Shown one piece after another: positions 1 through 9,232 of a stretch of DNA of 64,000 nt. The stretch covers positions 423,475 to 487,474 of the forward strand of contig JADKBM010000013.1 in the NCBI GenBank assembly GCA_016715115.1, written 5' to 3'. Each line of letters begins with the position of its first letter. Positions within the stretch are counted from its first letter, which is position 1. The notes under the pieces were generated by a model. The model did no database searches, was not told where the DNA came from, and was given only the letters and a program-made list of their open reading frames with translations. Origin of the DNA: Acidobacteriota bacterium (GTDB lineage Bacteria; Acidobacteriota; Blastocatellia; Pyrinomonadales; Pyrinomonadaceae). The position numbers and the translations under genes are program-made.

Positions 1-816
1 GACGCTCGCAATGCCGCCCGCGCCGTAAACAAAGCCGCCGTTGGAGAAAGCGCTAACGAAACTTACCTGCTGAGGGTAAACGGCACCGAGGCTCCAGGTG
101 TTGCCTGCCACGTCATAGATCTCAAGCGCGTCGGTGGAAGCCGTTGCCGGACCGGTTCCGGCGAACTTATAGATCATTCCGCCTACGTAAACCGCCGCGG
201 AGTTCCAGGTGCCGACCGTGAATGGCGCCATCGTCGTATAAGTGTTCAGCGAAGGATCATATCTGAACATCGTCGTTTGCGGAGTGCCGGTGCCGGTTAG
301 CGCTCCACCGAGTATATAAATGAACGTTCCGTCCGAAACGGCCGTTGGGAATTCCAAGGCCGCCGGCAACGGCGCGATACTGGTCCAGGTCGTGCCGTCA
401 AATCTGCGGGCGTCGGCGATGATCGCTGTGCTGACGCCCCCGAACGTATAGAGAAAGCCGCCCTGCGACACCGTGGGTTGGTCGAGGATCGGCACTGGAT
501 AGTTTGTGGCTGCGGTCCAGCCGCAGACCTCGCCGGGAACGTTCGGATTGCTGACGATGGCATCAGTCGGGACCGCAATCGACTTCACAGCCTCCGGAAT
601 TCCGGTCCGCAGAGCTTCGCTCAGACTTGATGCCTCTGAATAGGGTTCGGAGGTCTTTTCTTGGGCCATCGAAACCATCAAGGGTCTTGACATCAATGAC
701 ACCGCAAACAAAGCAAATAGACCCAACACAAGTGCGACTTGGTTTCGTCCGCTCATTTGCTTAAATGCGGTTCGCCATCGTATGAATGGAGAATCTAAAT
801 TCTTGCGCCTCATCAT
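1..816 (-). CDS. Secreted Kelch/beta-propeller repeat protein (partial; C-terminus lies beyond the window start)
   Basis: Absent from the ORF track because there is no stop inside the window. Manual minus-strand translation from the ATG at 816 (GGAGG 7 nt upstream; alternative ATG at 756) gives MMRRKNLDSPFIRWRTAFKQMSGRNQVALVLGLFALFAVSLM... Blade-like motifs FLYTFGG, FIYILGG, MIYKFAG and GFVYGAGG then recur about every 45-50 aa. The N-terminus is hydrophobic and signal-like. Confidence 0.6.
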   Translation of the reverse strand, partial: MMRRKNLDSPFIRWRTAFKQMSGRNQVALVLGLFALFAVSLMSRPLMVSMAQEKTSEPYSEASSLSEALRTGIPEAVKSIAVPTDAIVSNPNVPGEVCGWTAATNYPVPILDQPTVSQGGFLYTFGGVSTAIIADARRFDGTTWTSIAPLPAALEFPTAVSDGTFIYILGGALTGTGTPQTTMFRYDPSLNTYTTMAPFTVGTWNSAAVYVGGMIYKFAGTGPATASTDALEIYDVAGNTWSLGAVYPQQVSFVSAFSNGGFVYGAGGIASV

Positions 817-1235
817 TTTGTAGCCTCCAAATTTTCTGTTTTCGAACGCATACACCGTCAAACACGGCATAGCCGCCGATTGGCGGGGAGACGAAGCCGG
901 AGCGGTTTTCACGCACAACGCGCTTCGCACTCCAAACCAACATTGTGAAAGACACTATAAGTTCACAATAGACCCTTTATTATCGACTCGCAATGCATTC
1001 TCGACCTGCGTGCCGACTAAAATGACGTTTGTGGCTTCGGCAGCGAAATAGATACCGCTTTTGGGGTTGGAGGTGAAGATTGCGGCAAGAAAAACCCGGG
1101 AACGAACGCTACACAGGGAGGATCCGATTTCGGGCGTGTACGGGAAGCAGTTCCGCTTATTGGTGCGGAAAGAAGTCGTGGTTCTGCGGGTGGGGGTCGT
1201 TCTTCGACGCTTGATTTCGAGCGTGAAGACGCGAA

Positions 1236-1263
1236 CAGGCCGCTTGCTTCCGCAAGCAGCCTG
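1236..1263 (-). terminator. Hairpin downstream of the BON gene (weak terminator candidate)
   Basis: caggccgcttgc-ttcc-gcaagcagcctg is an 11-bp stem with one mismatch, 23 nt after the stop. The T-run on the minus strand is poor. Confidence 0.35.
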
Positions 1264-1286
1264 TATTCGTTTTCCTTGAATTCGGG

Positions 1287-1841
1287 TTAGCGATACTCCA
1301 TCGTTCCGATGACGAGATTGTTCGTGATGCTGAAGACGCCGGGAATCGTGCTCGCGAGGATGTACGCGAGCTGCGAATCGCCCTTTCCCGAGACAAAACC
1401 TTCAAGCGTCAGGTGACCGTTCTTGACGATGATGCGCATCGACGGCCTCGGTTCGAGCAGGTATCGATACAGACTCGCGCCGTCGCGGTTGAATGTTCTG
1501 AGCGTCTGTCTGCGAATCGCGTCGTCGAATCTCGAAAGCGGCAGAACCTCAATGTTGTTGACGACCTTCCGAACTCCCTCGATTCGTTTGACGGCCGATT
1601 CGGCATCTTTGCGGTTGCGAATCTCCGCGACCTTGCCGCTCAGGATCACCGTTCCGTCTTCGAACGTGAACGCGATGTTGTCGAACACTCCGTAGTAGGG
1701 AAGAGCCAGAATCTTCTTGAAGATCTTCCTTTCGACGGTTTGCGTCGACTTGATCGCCGACGTATCCTGCGCGTATGCCGCGACCGAAGCGAATGATAAG
1801 ATCACGAAACTGAAAACTGCAAACCGTTTGATAAATCTCAT
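1287..1841 (-). CDS. BON domain-containing periplasmic protein (two BON-like modules, OsmY-like)
   Basis: 184-aa ORF with signal peptide MRFIKRFAVFSFVILSFASVAAYAQ. Two modules match the BON pattern: GTVILSGKV...IEGVRKVVNNIEV and GHLTLEGFV...IPGVFSITNNLVI. GAGGAGG lies upstream of the ATG. Confidence 0.8.
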   Translation of the reverse strand: MRFIKRFAVFSFVILSFASVAAYAQDTSAIKSTQTVERKIFKKILALPYYGVFDNIAFTFEDGTVILSGKVAEIRNRKDAESAVKRIEGVRKVVNNIEVLPLSRFDDAIRRQTLRTFNRDGASLYRYLLEPRPSMRIIVKNGHLTLEGFVSGKGDSQLAYILASTIPGVFSITNNLVIGTMEYR

Positions 1842-2274
1842 TTCTCTTTCCTCCTCGGTCAGATAGGACCGTCACTGATATTGATGATTCGGAAGGGAAA
1901 AAAGATGCAAGGCGTTCCGTGGGGCGACTTGCGCTACGCCGGTTGACAGACCCGGATTACCCTATAACGGCGCCTCAATCGGCGATACAAGGCGTGCGAA
2001 AGAAAGCTGTTGCTACGCTTTGGATTTGAGGGGACTCTTCCGCGCAGTTGCTTCTGCGAAACGAAATGTTTTTCAGCCACAAATGACGGGACACCAAACA
2101 GTATTTCGTTTTTAGCTGTGTTTTGTTTTTCCCCGTGTACCTTCGTGGATTCAAGAGACGCCGAGCGTGATTCCGAATTTCGCCCCAGCGCACGCGCTGA
2201 CAATCGCATACCTGACTCCCGTAATGCCCCTTTTTCGAGAGAGGTAAACTCCAATGAATCCGGTGTTATATTTT

Positions 2275-2314
2275 CCTTCGTGCATCTTCGTGCGCTTCGT
2301 GGTTTCAACAAACG
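2275..2314. repeat. CTTCGTG-type short periodic element (about 10-nt period)
   Basis: ccttcgtgcatcttcgtgcgcttcgtggtttcaac. The 14-mer CTTCGTGGTTTCAA (2295-2308) recurs at 32856-32869. A partial copy sits at 2138-2150, and related CACGAA arms at 55908-56030. Confidence 0.6.
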
Positions 2315-2417
2315 CCGGTCAATTTCCGCGCGGAGATCGCAAAGAACGCAGCGTCGGTCCGCAAGGTCGTCGAGAATCCGCGGTCAGACCGCGGTTTTAC
2401 GGATTTCTTTCGATTCT

Positions 2418-2873
2418 TCATTTCAGGTTGATCTGTCGCAAGGCTTCGTAGAGCACGATCGCGACGCTGTTCGCGAGATTCAGGCTCCGGACGTTCGGAT
2501 TCGGCATCGGTATCGTCAGGCAGCGGTCGGCATTCGCGGCCAGAACTTCGTCCGGCAGCCCGCGGGTTTCACGGCCGAATACGAGACAGTCTCCGTCTTC
2601 AAATCGCCAGTCGGTGTAACTCAGGCTGGACTTCGTCGTGAAGTACAAAAATCGCGAATTCGGCAGAGCCCGATAAAGCCGGTCGAGATCGATGTGACGA
2701 TGAAGCTCAACGTCGTTCCAGTAATCGAGGCCGGCACGCCTGAGCGTTCGGTCGTCCATCCGAAAACCCGTGACGCCGACGATATGGAGCGCAGAATAGG
2801 TCGCCGCGCACAACCGCGCGATGTTGCCGGTATTCGGCGGGATCTCAGGTTCGACAAGTGCAATACTCAACAT
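2418..2873 (-). CDS. trmL: tRNA (cytidine/uridine-2'-O-)-methyltransferase TrmL (SpoU/TrmH family)
   Basis: The internal ATG at 2873 gives MLSIALVEPEIPPNTGNIARLCAAT...HIVG...LVFGRETRGLP...IPM...RSLNLANSVAIVLYEALRQ, a typical TrmL layout. The longer ORF to 2933 adds 20 non-conserved residues. Confidence 0.8.
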   Translation of the reverse strand: MLSIALVEPEIPPNTGNIARLCAATYSALHIVGVTGFRMDDRTLRRAGLDYWNDVELHRHIDLDRLYRALPNSRFLYFTTKSSLSYTDWRFEDGDCLVFGRETRGLPDEVLAANADRCLTIPMPNPNVRSLNLANSVAIVLYEALRQINLK

Positions 2874-3015
2874 CTCAGCTTCCCGAATTCCGATTCGATC
2901 GATGGCCGAGGAGCATCCGGCCCAGAGGAGCATCCGGCAAGATCAAGGTTCCGGTCTTGAGAACGTCAGAAACGAAGCACGGACATCAAAGACCAAAGAT
3001 CCAAGACCAAGAAAA

Positions 3016-4584
3016 CTAAGAGTACGTCGCCAGAAACTTCGGTTTCCGCCGCGCCGTCGTGAGCTGCTCGTAGCCGTACGCGATCTCGATCAGCAACGGC
3101 TCCGAAAAGGCGCGTCCGAAAAAGGAGATCCCGATCGGAAGCTCGGCGATGAAGCCGGCCGGGACGGTGATGTTCGGGTAGCCCGAAACCGCCGCCAGCG
3201 ACGAACTGCCGACATAACTCGTCGGCGAATCGCCGTTGACGAGATCGATCAGCCACGGCGGGGAATTCGACGGCGCGACAATCGCGTGCAGTTTCTCTTT
3301 GTCCATCACGGCGTCAATTCCCTGATCCTGCGTCAAAACCTTGCTCTGAAGCAGCGCCAGACGATACGCGCGCGTTTCGAGATCGCCTTTTTCTTCAGCC
3401 TTCAACATAATGTCCTGTCCGAAATACGGCATTTCCTTCGCGGCGTTCGACTCGTTGAATTTGATCAGATCGGCGAGCGATCTATGGGTGCCGCCGCGTG
3501 CCGCGAGATACTTGTTGAGGTCGGCCTTGAATTCGTACAGCAACACCTCATACTCGGCGTCGCCGAATTTCTCGAGCGTTGGGATCATTATGTCCACAAC
3601 CTCGGCGCCGCCGTCTTTGAGCGCCTGCAGCTGCGTTTCCATCAGCTTGTCGAGGCGCGGATTGGTGCCGAAATACTGGCGCATCACGCCGATCTTCTTG
3701 CCCTTGAGTCCATCTTTCTTCAGGAACTGAGTGTAGTCTTTCGAGCCCTTCGAAGCCTGCGACGTGATCGAATCGTTCGGATCGGTTCCGACGATCGCGC
3801 TCAAAACCGCCGCCGCGTCGGCGACGGTCCGGCACATCGGACCGGCCGTGTCCTGGCTGTGCGCGATCGGAATGATCCCGGAGCGCGAGACGAGTCCGAG
3901 TGTCGGCTTGATGCCGACGATGCCGTTGATCGACGCCGGGCAAACGATCGAGCCGTCAGTCTCGGTTCCGATCGCGATCGCCGCCAGGTTCGCCGCGATC
4001 GCCGCGCCCGACCCCGAAGACGATCCGCACGGCGTGCGGTCGAGAACATATGGATTTCGCGTCTGTCCGCCGCGTCCCGACCATCCGCTCGAAGACTGAC
4101 CCGAGCGGAAATTCGCCCATTCGCTCAAATTCGTTTTGCCGAGTATGACCGCTCCGGCCTCGCGCAGTTTGCGGGCGATGAAGGCATCTTCCTTCGGGGC
4201 AGGAGCGTCGAGCAACGCGAGCGAACCGGCTGTCGTTTTCATTCGGTCGGCGGTGTCGATGTTGTCCTTGATGACGACGGGAATCCCGTGAAGCGGCCCG
4301 CGAACCTTTCCGGATTTGCGTTCGGCGTCCATCTGCGCGGCGATCGCCGGCGCGTCCGGATTCATTTCGATCATCGAATTGGTCTTCTTGTCGATCTCCG
4401 CGATCCGCGCCGAATAGCCGCGCACGAGATCGGCCGACGAAAACCGTCCGGCGCCCATCCCTTGCTGCAGTGCGGCGACCGTCGTTTCTTCAAACTCGAC
4501 GACCGCTGCGGCCGAAGCCTTTCTTCCAATCATCAACCCGGCCGCGCCGATGGCGCCGAGACTTACGAATTCTCTGCGTTTCAT
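3016..4584 (-). CDS. Amidase (amidase-signature family) with Tat-type signal
   Basis: 522 aa. The N-terminus MKRREFVSLGAIGAAGLMIGRKASAA looks like a Tat signal. AS-family core is present: GGSSSGSGAAIAANL...GTETDGSIVCPAS. Its ATG overlaps the stop of the upstream gene (ATGA at 4581-4584). Confidence 0.85.
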   Translation of the reverse strand: MKRREFVSLGAIGAAGLMIGRKASAAAVVEFEETTVAALQQGMGAGRFSSADLVRGYSARIAEIDKKTNSMIEMNPDAPAIAAQMDAERKSGKVRGPLHGIPVVIKDNIDTADRMKTTAGSLALLDAPAPKEDAFIARKLREAGAVILGKTNLSEWANFRSGQSSSGWSGRGGQTRNPYVLDRTPCGSSSGSGAAIAANLAAIAIGTETDGSIVCPASINGIVGIKPTLGLVSRSGIIPIAHSQDTAGPMCRTVADAAAVLSAIVGTDPNDSITSQASKGSKDYTQFLKKDGLKGKKIGVMRQYFGTNPRLDKLMETQLQALKDGGAEVVDIMIPTLEKFGDAEYEVLLYEFKADLNKYLAARGGTHRSLADLIKFNESNAAKEMPYFGQDIMLKAEEKGDLETRAYRLALLQSKVLTQDQGIDAVMDKEKLHAIVAPSNSPPWLIDLVNGDSPTSYVGSSSLAAVSGYPNITVPAGFIAELPIGISFFGRAFSEPLLIEIAYGYEQLTTARRKPKFLATYS

Positions 4585-6542
4585 TTCTCTCCTTTCGCCT
4601 TCTTCAAATTCTGTTTCGCTTCCTCAAAATCTGGTTTCAATTGAATCGCCTTTTCAAATTGCGGAATCGCTTGGGCCGTTTCCTTCTTTTCGACCAGAAT
4701 CTTGCCCAAGAAATTGTAAAGCTCCGGCTTTTCGGGTGTTTGCCGGATCAGTTCGCCAACCTGAGCCTGCGATTCATCGTAACGCTTCAGCTCAAAGAGC
4801 GCGAGCGCGAGTTTGAGCCGCGCGTCGAAGTTGTCCGGCGCCAGGAACAACAGACGGCTCAGCGCATCGACCGCCTTTGCGAGATTGTCTTTTCTTGCAT
4901 ACGCCGACGCAAGGTCGTCGAGCGTCGTGATAAAGATCGAGGGTGCCGGGCTTCCCGGAAGGTCGGCGGCGCGCCTCAGGCTGTCCTCCGCCTCTTCCGG
5001 CTTGCCCTGAAGTATCTGGGCGAGCGCCATATTCGAATAGGCCAGCGCGTAATCGGGCCGAATCGCGAGGCATTCTTTGAATTTCTGCTCGGCCTCGGCG
5101 AACTGTTTTCGCTTCGTTAGCAGAATGCCGTAGGTATTGTAGGCTTCAAAATAACCGAGATTGTCTGCGAGCGACTGCTTGCAGAAGGATTCGGCCTCGT
5201 CGAGCCGGTCCTCCAACGTCAGATGATGACAGAGATTATGGGATATCAGGAAGTTCCGCTGCGTCACCGCAAGCGTCCGTTTGTAAAGGATCTCATTGTC
5301 CTTCCAATAAGAAGCCTGAACGTATCCGGCAAAGGTCAGGCCGGCGATGAACAAACCGAACAAGGCGAAATAGATCGATTTCCCGATTCCCAACGCTTTG
5401 AAGACGTCGGCCGCGCCCCAGACGAGAATGATGAAAAGTCCGAAATATGGGACGTACGTGTAGCGGTCGGCCATCGGCTGCGCGCCGACCTGGACCAGTC
5501 CGATTACCGGCACGAGTGTTCCCAAGAACCAAAGCCAGCCCATCAAAAGATACTTTCTCCGGCCGATCTGCCAGATGGACAATGCGGTCATCGCCGCGAC
5601 AAAAAGCGTTCCGACGGCGATCTGCCAGACGGGAAAGTCGCGGTCGTACGGATACCAAACGCCGAGTTTCGCCGGATAGAAAAGCATTCCGGTGTACTTG
5701 GCATATGACAGGACGGCGTTAAGCGCACGCGTCGTCATCGGCAGATGCTCGAACGATTCCATCGCTCCGCCGGCCCGCTGCGCGATGAACGTGATGTACG
5801 ACGAAGCGGCCGACAGCGCGAAAAGCGGGATCTTTTCGGCGACGAGGGCGGGGAGGTCGCGAAATGACCGGAGCCGTTCGAGCGACCAGTAGTCCATCAG
5901 CAAGAGCACGCACGGCAGCGTCACAAGCATCGGTTTCGCCATCAGTCCGAGCGCGAGGAGGGCGAAGACGAGCAAGTAGGACAGCCAGAGTCGACGTAGA
6001 CGCGAGGCGACGCCCTCGCTTTCGTCCGTGTTCGCGCGCCGGGCAAAACCGATATATGCGAGCATCGTCAGCAGCCAGAAAAACGTCGAAAGAACATCTT
6101 TGCGTTCGGATACCCAGGCGACCGATTCGACGTGTGCCGGATGGACCGCGAACAGCGCCGCGACGATCACGCTCTTCCAGAAGGATCCCGTCATTCTCTG
6201 AAAAACGGTGAACGCGAGGATCGTGTTGAGAATATGAAAAACGACGTTCGTCGCGTGGTGTCCGCCGGGATTCTGGCCAAAGAACTCGACGTCGATCATA
6301 TGCGAGATCCACGACAGCGGGTGCCAGTTCGCCGCGTGAAACTGCGTGAACGCCCATTGGACGGACTGTTTGTTGACGCCGCTCGAAACGATCTGATTGC
6401 CGAAAACGTACAGATTGTCGTCGAGATTGATGAAGTTGAATCCGATCGTCTGGTAATAAATGACCATCACCAGTGCGGTCAGCGCCGCGTAAACGACCGT
6501 CTGCTGGTTCTCCTGAAAAAATCCCGGTTTCTTGTCTGACAC
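4581..6542 (-). CDS. Polytopic GT-C-like membrane protein with C-terminal TPR repeats (TMTC/PMT-like, DUF1736-type)
   Basis: 653 aa, GTG start. There are about 10 predicted TM helices, an acidic first-loop motif NLDDNLYVF, and about 6 TPR-like repeats in the last 250 aa (for example AYNTYGILLTKRKQFAEAEQKFKECLAIRPDY). Confidence 0.75.
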   Translation of the reverse strand: MSDKKPGFFQENQQTVVYAALTALVMVIYYQTIGFNFINLDDNLYVFGNQIVSSGVNKQSVQWAFTQFHAANWHPLSWISHMIDVEFFGQNPGGHHATNVVFHILNTILAFTVFQRMTGSFWKSVIVAALFAVHPAHVESVAWVSERKDVLSTFFWLLTMLAYIGFARRANTDESEGVASRLRRLWLSYLLVFALLALGLMAKPMLVTLPCVLLLMDYWSLERLRSFRDLPALVAEKIPLFALSAASSYITFIAQRAGGAMESFEHLPMTTRALNAVLSYAKYTGMLFYPAKLGVWYPYDRDFPVWQIAVGTLFVAAMTALSIWQIGRRKYLLMGWLWFLGTLVPVIGLVQVGAQPMADRYTYVPYFGLFIILVWGAADVFKALGIGKSIYFALFGLFIAGLTFAGYVQASYWKDNEILYKRTLAVTQRNFLISHNLCHHLTLEDRLDEAESFCKQSLADNLGYFEAYNTYGILLTKRKQFAEAEQKFKECLAIRPDYALAYSNMALAQILQGKPEEAEDSLRRAADLPGSPAPSIFITTLDDLASAYARKDNLAKAVDALSRLLFLAPDNFDARLKLALALFELKRYDESQAQVGELIRQTPEKPELYNFLGKILVEKKETAQAIPQFEKAIQLKPDFEEAKQNLKKAKGEK

Positions 6543-6551
6543 GATGTTTCC

Positions 6552-7343
6552 CTAAGATGATTTTTCGATTTCGCGGTAGTAGTCCGGCAGAAGGCACTGT
6601 CCGGGCTTGCGAAAAAGCTTTGATTTGACCAGTTTCCAGCGATGCAACCGGAATTCGATGGAGGTCGAGAGCACGCCGAAGCCGTAGCGGACCGAGCGCC
6701 GGAAATTGATCGACGATGCCTCATCGAAGTAACGTGTCGGGCAGCTGATCTCGCCGACCCGATAACCGAAGTAGATCGCCTCGGCGATCATCTGGTTGTC
6801 GAAAACAAAGTCGTCGGAGTTTTCGTCGAGCGGCAACCCCTCGATGACCTCACGGCGGAACGCACGGAATCCGGTGTGATATTCGCTTAGTTTTTGGTTT
6901 ATCAGTATGTTCTGAAAAAGCGTCAGAAAACGATTCGCGAAGTACTTGTAAACGGGCATTCCGCCGGCGATCGCGCTGTTTCCGAGAATCCGCGAGCCCA
7001 TCACCACATCATACTCGCCGTACGCGATCATCCCGGCCATCGGAACGATCAGGTTCGGCGAATACTGGTAATCCGGATGAACCATAACGACGATGTCGGC
7101 GCCGTTTCGAAGCGCTTCGCGGTAGCACGTCTTCTGATTGCGTCCGTAACCGAAGTTATTGTCGTGCCGAAAGATCTTGAGGTCGAGCCGGTTGGCGACC
7201 TCGATCGTCTCGTCGGAACTCGCGTCGTCGACGAGCAGGATCTCGTCGACGATGTCGCGCGGAATCTCTCCGACGGTCTTCTCGAGCGTCTGCGCCGCGT
7301 TGTAGGCGGGCATTACGACAATTATCTTCTTTCCGTTTAGCAT
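6552..7343 (-). CDS. Family 2 glycosyltransferase (polyprenol-phosphate sugar synthase-like)
   Basis: 263 aa. IIVVMPAYNAAQTLEKTV...LLVDDASSDET...HPDYQY is a classic GT2 N-terminal fold with DxD-like motifs. Confidence 0.85.
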   Translation of the reverse strand: MLNGKKIIVVMPAYNAAQTLEKTVGEIPRDIVDEILLVDDASSDETIEVANRLDLKIFRHDNNFGYGRNQKTCYREALRNGADIVVMVHPDYQYSPNLIVPMAGMIAYGEYDVVMGSRILGNSAIAGGMPVYKYFANRFLTLFQNILINQKLSEYHTGFRAFRREVIEGLPLDENSDDFVFDNQMIAEAIYFGYRVGEISCPTRYFDEASSINFRRSVRYGFGVLSTSIEFRLHRWKLVKSKLFRKPGQCLLPDYYREIEKSS

Positions 7344-7544
7344 CAGATCTATTTGGCTTTAGGAAGCGCCATCAACCGGTCATAATTTGGCGCGCGGCGG
7401 AATCCGAATCAATTGGCGACTGGAACAAAGCCATCTCCGCGGCAAACTGTAGAATCCGTCGCCAAACGCTGAAAGCCATCCTTCTCGCCTTCGGTAAGAC
7501 CAATTTACAGCAACGGGGTTTGCTTATCAACGGCCGCATTCGGC

Positions 7545-8564
7545 TCAGGCGGCTTTTCGCGCGCAGACCACCAGCGTGCCGCCGCGGCCCGAAACGGTCG
7601 AGACCGCAAGCAGCGGAAGCGCCGCCGCTGCGAAAAACGTTCCGAGCGCGAAATCCCTCGCGCGAACGAGTTTTCCGATCTCCCGGGCGTGGCCGGTCAA
7701 GGTTCGGAAAAAGACGTTCTTTTCAACAAAAAGCGTGTTGAGCGCGCTCTGCGACCAACCGAGTAGGTCGTATTCAAACTCCTGGTCGCGGCGCCACTCC
7801 ACCGCGAAGCCAGTTTGATCGAGAAGCTTCAACAGCGAGCGCGGGCCGAAATGGAAAAGATGGTTCGGAACGTCGAGATGGAGCCAGTTCCGTCCGGACC
7901 AACTCGCCTGCATCCCTTCGGCGTTCGGAACGGCGACGATCAACGTGCCGCCCGGTTTGAGCAATGCATCGACCGCCGCGAGCGTCCGGCGCGGGTCGTG
8001 GAAATGTTCGAGCGAATGCCACATCGTGACGGCGTCGAACGATTCCGGGCCGAACGCCGAGCGCGCCGAGCCGAGATCGCTGAAGACATCGATGCCCGAA
8101 CCTTCGAATCGAGACGCGTCGAGTTCGGTTCCGGCAATTTGCCAACCGCGTTCTTGCGCGGCCCTCAAAAAGGTTCCGTCGCCGCAGCCGACATCGAGCA
8201 GGCGTCCCGAAGTTTCGCCGCGGGCGGCCCTTTCGAGCCAGCGCAGGCGGCGCCGGGCGCAGAAATCGTTCGTGAAGCCGTGACGTCCGCCGTAGTATTC
8301 GGCGTAGAATTCGGAAACGTCCGTGATTCGCGGCGACGTTTGGCCGAGCCCGCAATCTTCGCAACCGAGAATTGAAAAGATGCGGCTCGAAAGGTGGTGG
8401 TTCAGGTTGGCGAACCTGACCTTGAGTCCGCTGCCGCAAACGTGGCACACTTCGGCCGGTTCCTGATCTCCGTCGAAAGCCGGACTGCCGCCGACGGACT
8501 CACCTCGAACCCCCTCCGAATTGTTGGCAGGCAGATCGGCCACTTTCTTTCTGTTGACGGGCAT
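7545..8564 (-). CDS. Class I SAM-dependent methyltransferase with N-terminal Cys4 zinc-ribbon-like segment
   Basis: 339 aa. Cys pairs CHVCGS...CEDCG are followed by SAM motif I LLDVGCGDGTFL and post-I/II motifs. Confidence 0.8.
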   Translation of the reverse strand: MPVNRKKVADLPANNSEGVRGESVGGSPAFDGDQEPAEVCHVCGSGLKVRFANLNHHLSSRIFSILGCEDCGLGQTSPRITDVSEFYAEYYGGRHGFTNDFCARRRLRWLERAARGETSGRLLDVGCGDGTFLRAAQERGWQIAGTELDASRFEGSGIDVFSDLGSARSAFGPESFDAVTMWHSLEHFHDPRRTLAAVDALLKPGGTLIVAVPNAEGMQASWSGRNWLHLDVPNHLFHFGPRSLLKLLDQTGFAVEWRRDQEFEYDLLGWSQSALNTLFVEKNVFFRTLTGHAREIGKLVRARDFALGTFFAAAALPLLAVSTVSGRGGTLVVCARKAA

Positions 8565-8597
8565 TTTTGCTTGAGATTCGGCGGCGATCGATCCGCG

Positions 8598-8918
8598 TCA
8601 GCCTCCGAGACGGATCTCAATATCGTCGACCCGTCCCTCCATTCGAAGAACGTTCCCGGCCAGCGTATTCATCCCGCGGTTTAAGGCGATAAATTCCTTT
8701 AAGATCTTTTCCTGGCCGAACTTGACCTCGGCGACGTCCCGCTCCAGACCGCTGACTCGAAATTTCAAATCGGCGACATCCGACTTGAGATCGGCGACAT
8801 CCGACTTGAGTTCGTCAACGGAGGTCGAGAGTTCGCTGAGCCATTTTTCGTTTCGCTGGGTTACGGTGATGACCATTTCCAATTTGTTGAGGATCTGCGT
8901 TTGAGTGTTTTCAGTCAT
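8598..8918 (-). CDS. Small coiled-coil protein with heptad peptide repeats, function unknown
   Basis: 106 aa, AGGAGGA RBS. Contains ELKSDVADLKSDVADLKFRVSGLERDVAEVKF. A perfect 21-nt tandem duplication lies inside the gene. Confidence 0.55.
   Translation of the reverse strand: MTENTQTQILNKLEMVITVTQRNEKWLSELSTSVDELKSDVADLKSDVADLKFRVSGLERDVAEVKFGQEKILKEFIALNRGMNTLAGNVLRMEGRVDDIEIRLGG
8769..8810. repeat. Perfect 21-nt tandem duplication inside the coiled-coil CDS
   Basis: atcggcgacatccgacttgag occurs twice (8769-8789 and 8790-8810), encoding LKSDVAD twice. Confidence 0.9.
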
Positions 8919-9232
8919 TGGTTTCCTCCTGAGTGTGTTTTTTGAGTAGCAATAAAATACTCCAGCCGGAGCGTGATTTCAAACGCCGAAAACGGAATGA
9001 AAGCGGCCGGTCACAAATGGCGAAAAAGGGCGGCTGAGCTTGGATCTTCGACCCGTTGAAGGCTCGGCCGGACTCGTTTTGTTCCGAGTGCGACTGGCGG
9101 AAACGCTCCGGCTCACAACAAAAAACCGGGCGATCAATTTGAATTTGATCCCCCGATTCACCCCGAAAAACGCGAAAGCTATCATAGGCGGGCTTTCACA
9201 TACTGCTCGTGCTCTGCCGGAATAATCTATGT

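Noticed and set aside
757-1286. Small ORFs at 761-955 (minus) and 1061-1279 (plus) in the 470-nt gap between the Kelch and BON genes.
   Set aside because: Odd composition and no RBS. The 761-955 ORF is in a different frame from the Kelch CDS and overlaps its extended 5' end (757-816), which does have a GGAGG RBS. Nothing RNA-like was recognisable by eye either.
2821-4644. 607-aa plus-strand ORF. Similar long antisense ORFs lie at 11335-13128, 35833-36906, 42919-43869, 44977-45867, 46824-47639, 52883-53959, 58355-59266, 34358-35134, 41362-42219 and 42253-42843.
   Set aside because: All lie opposite genes with clear family motifs (amidase, S9 peptidase, glyA, ALDH, ald, DUF512, xdhB and others). 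Their translations are Arg/Asp/Pro/Gly-rich low-complexity strings, typical of open antisense frames in GC-rich DNA.
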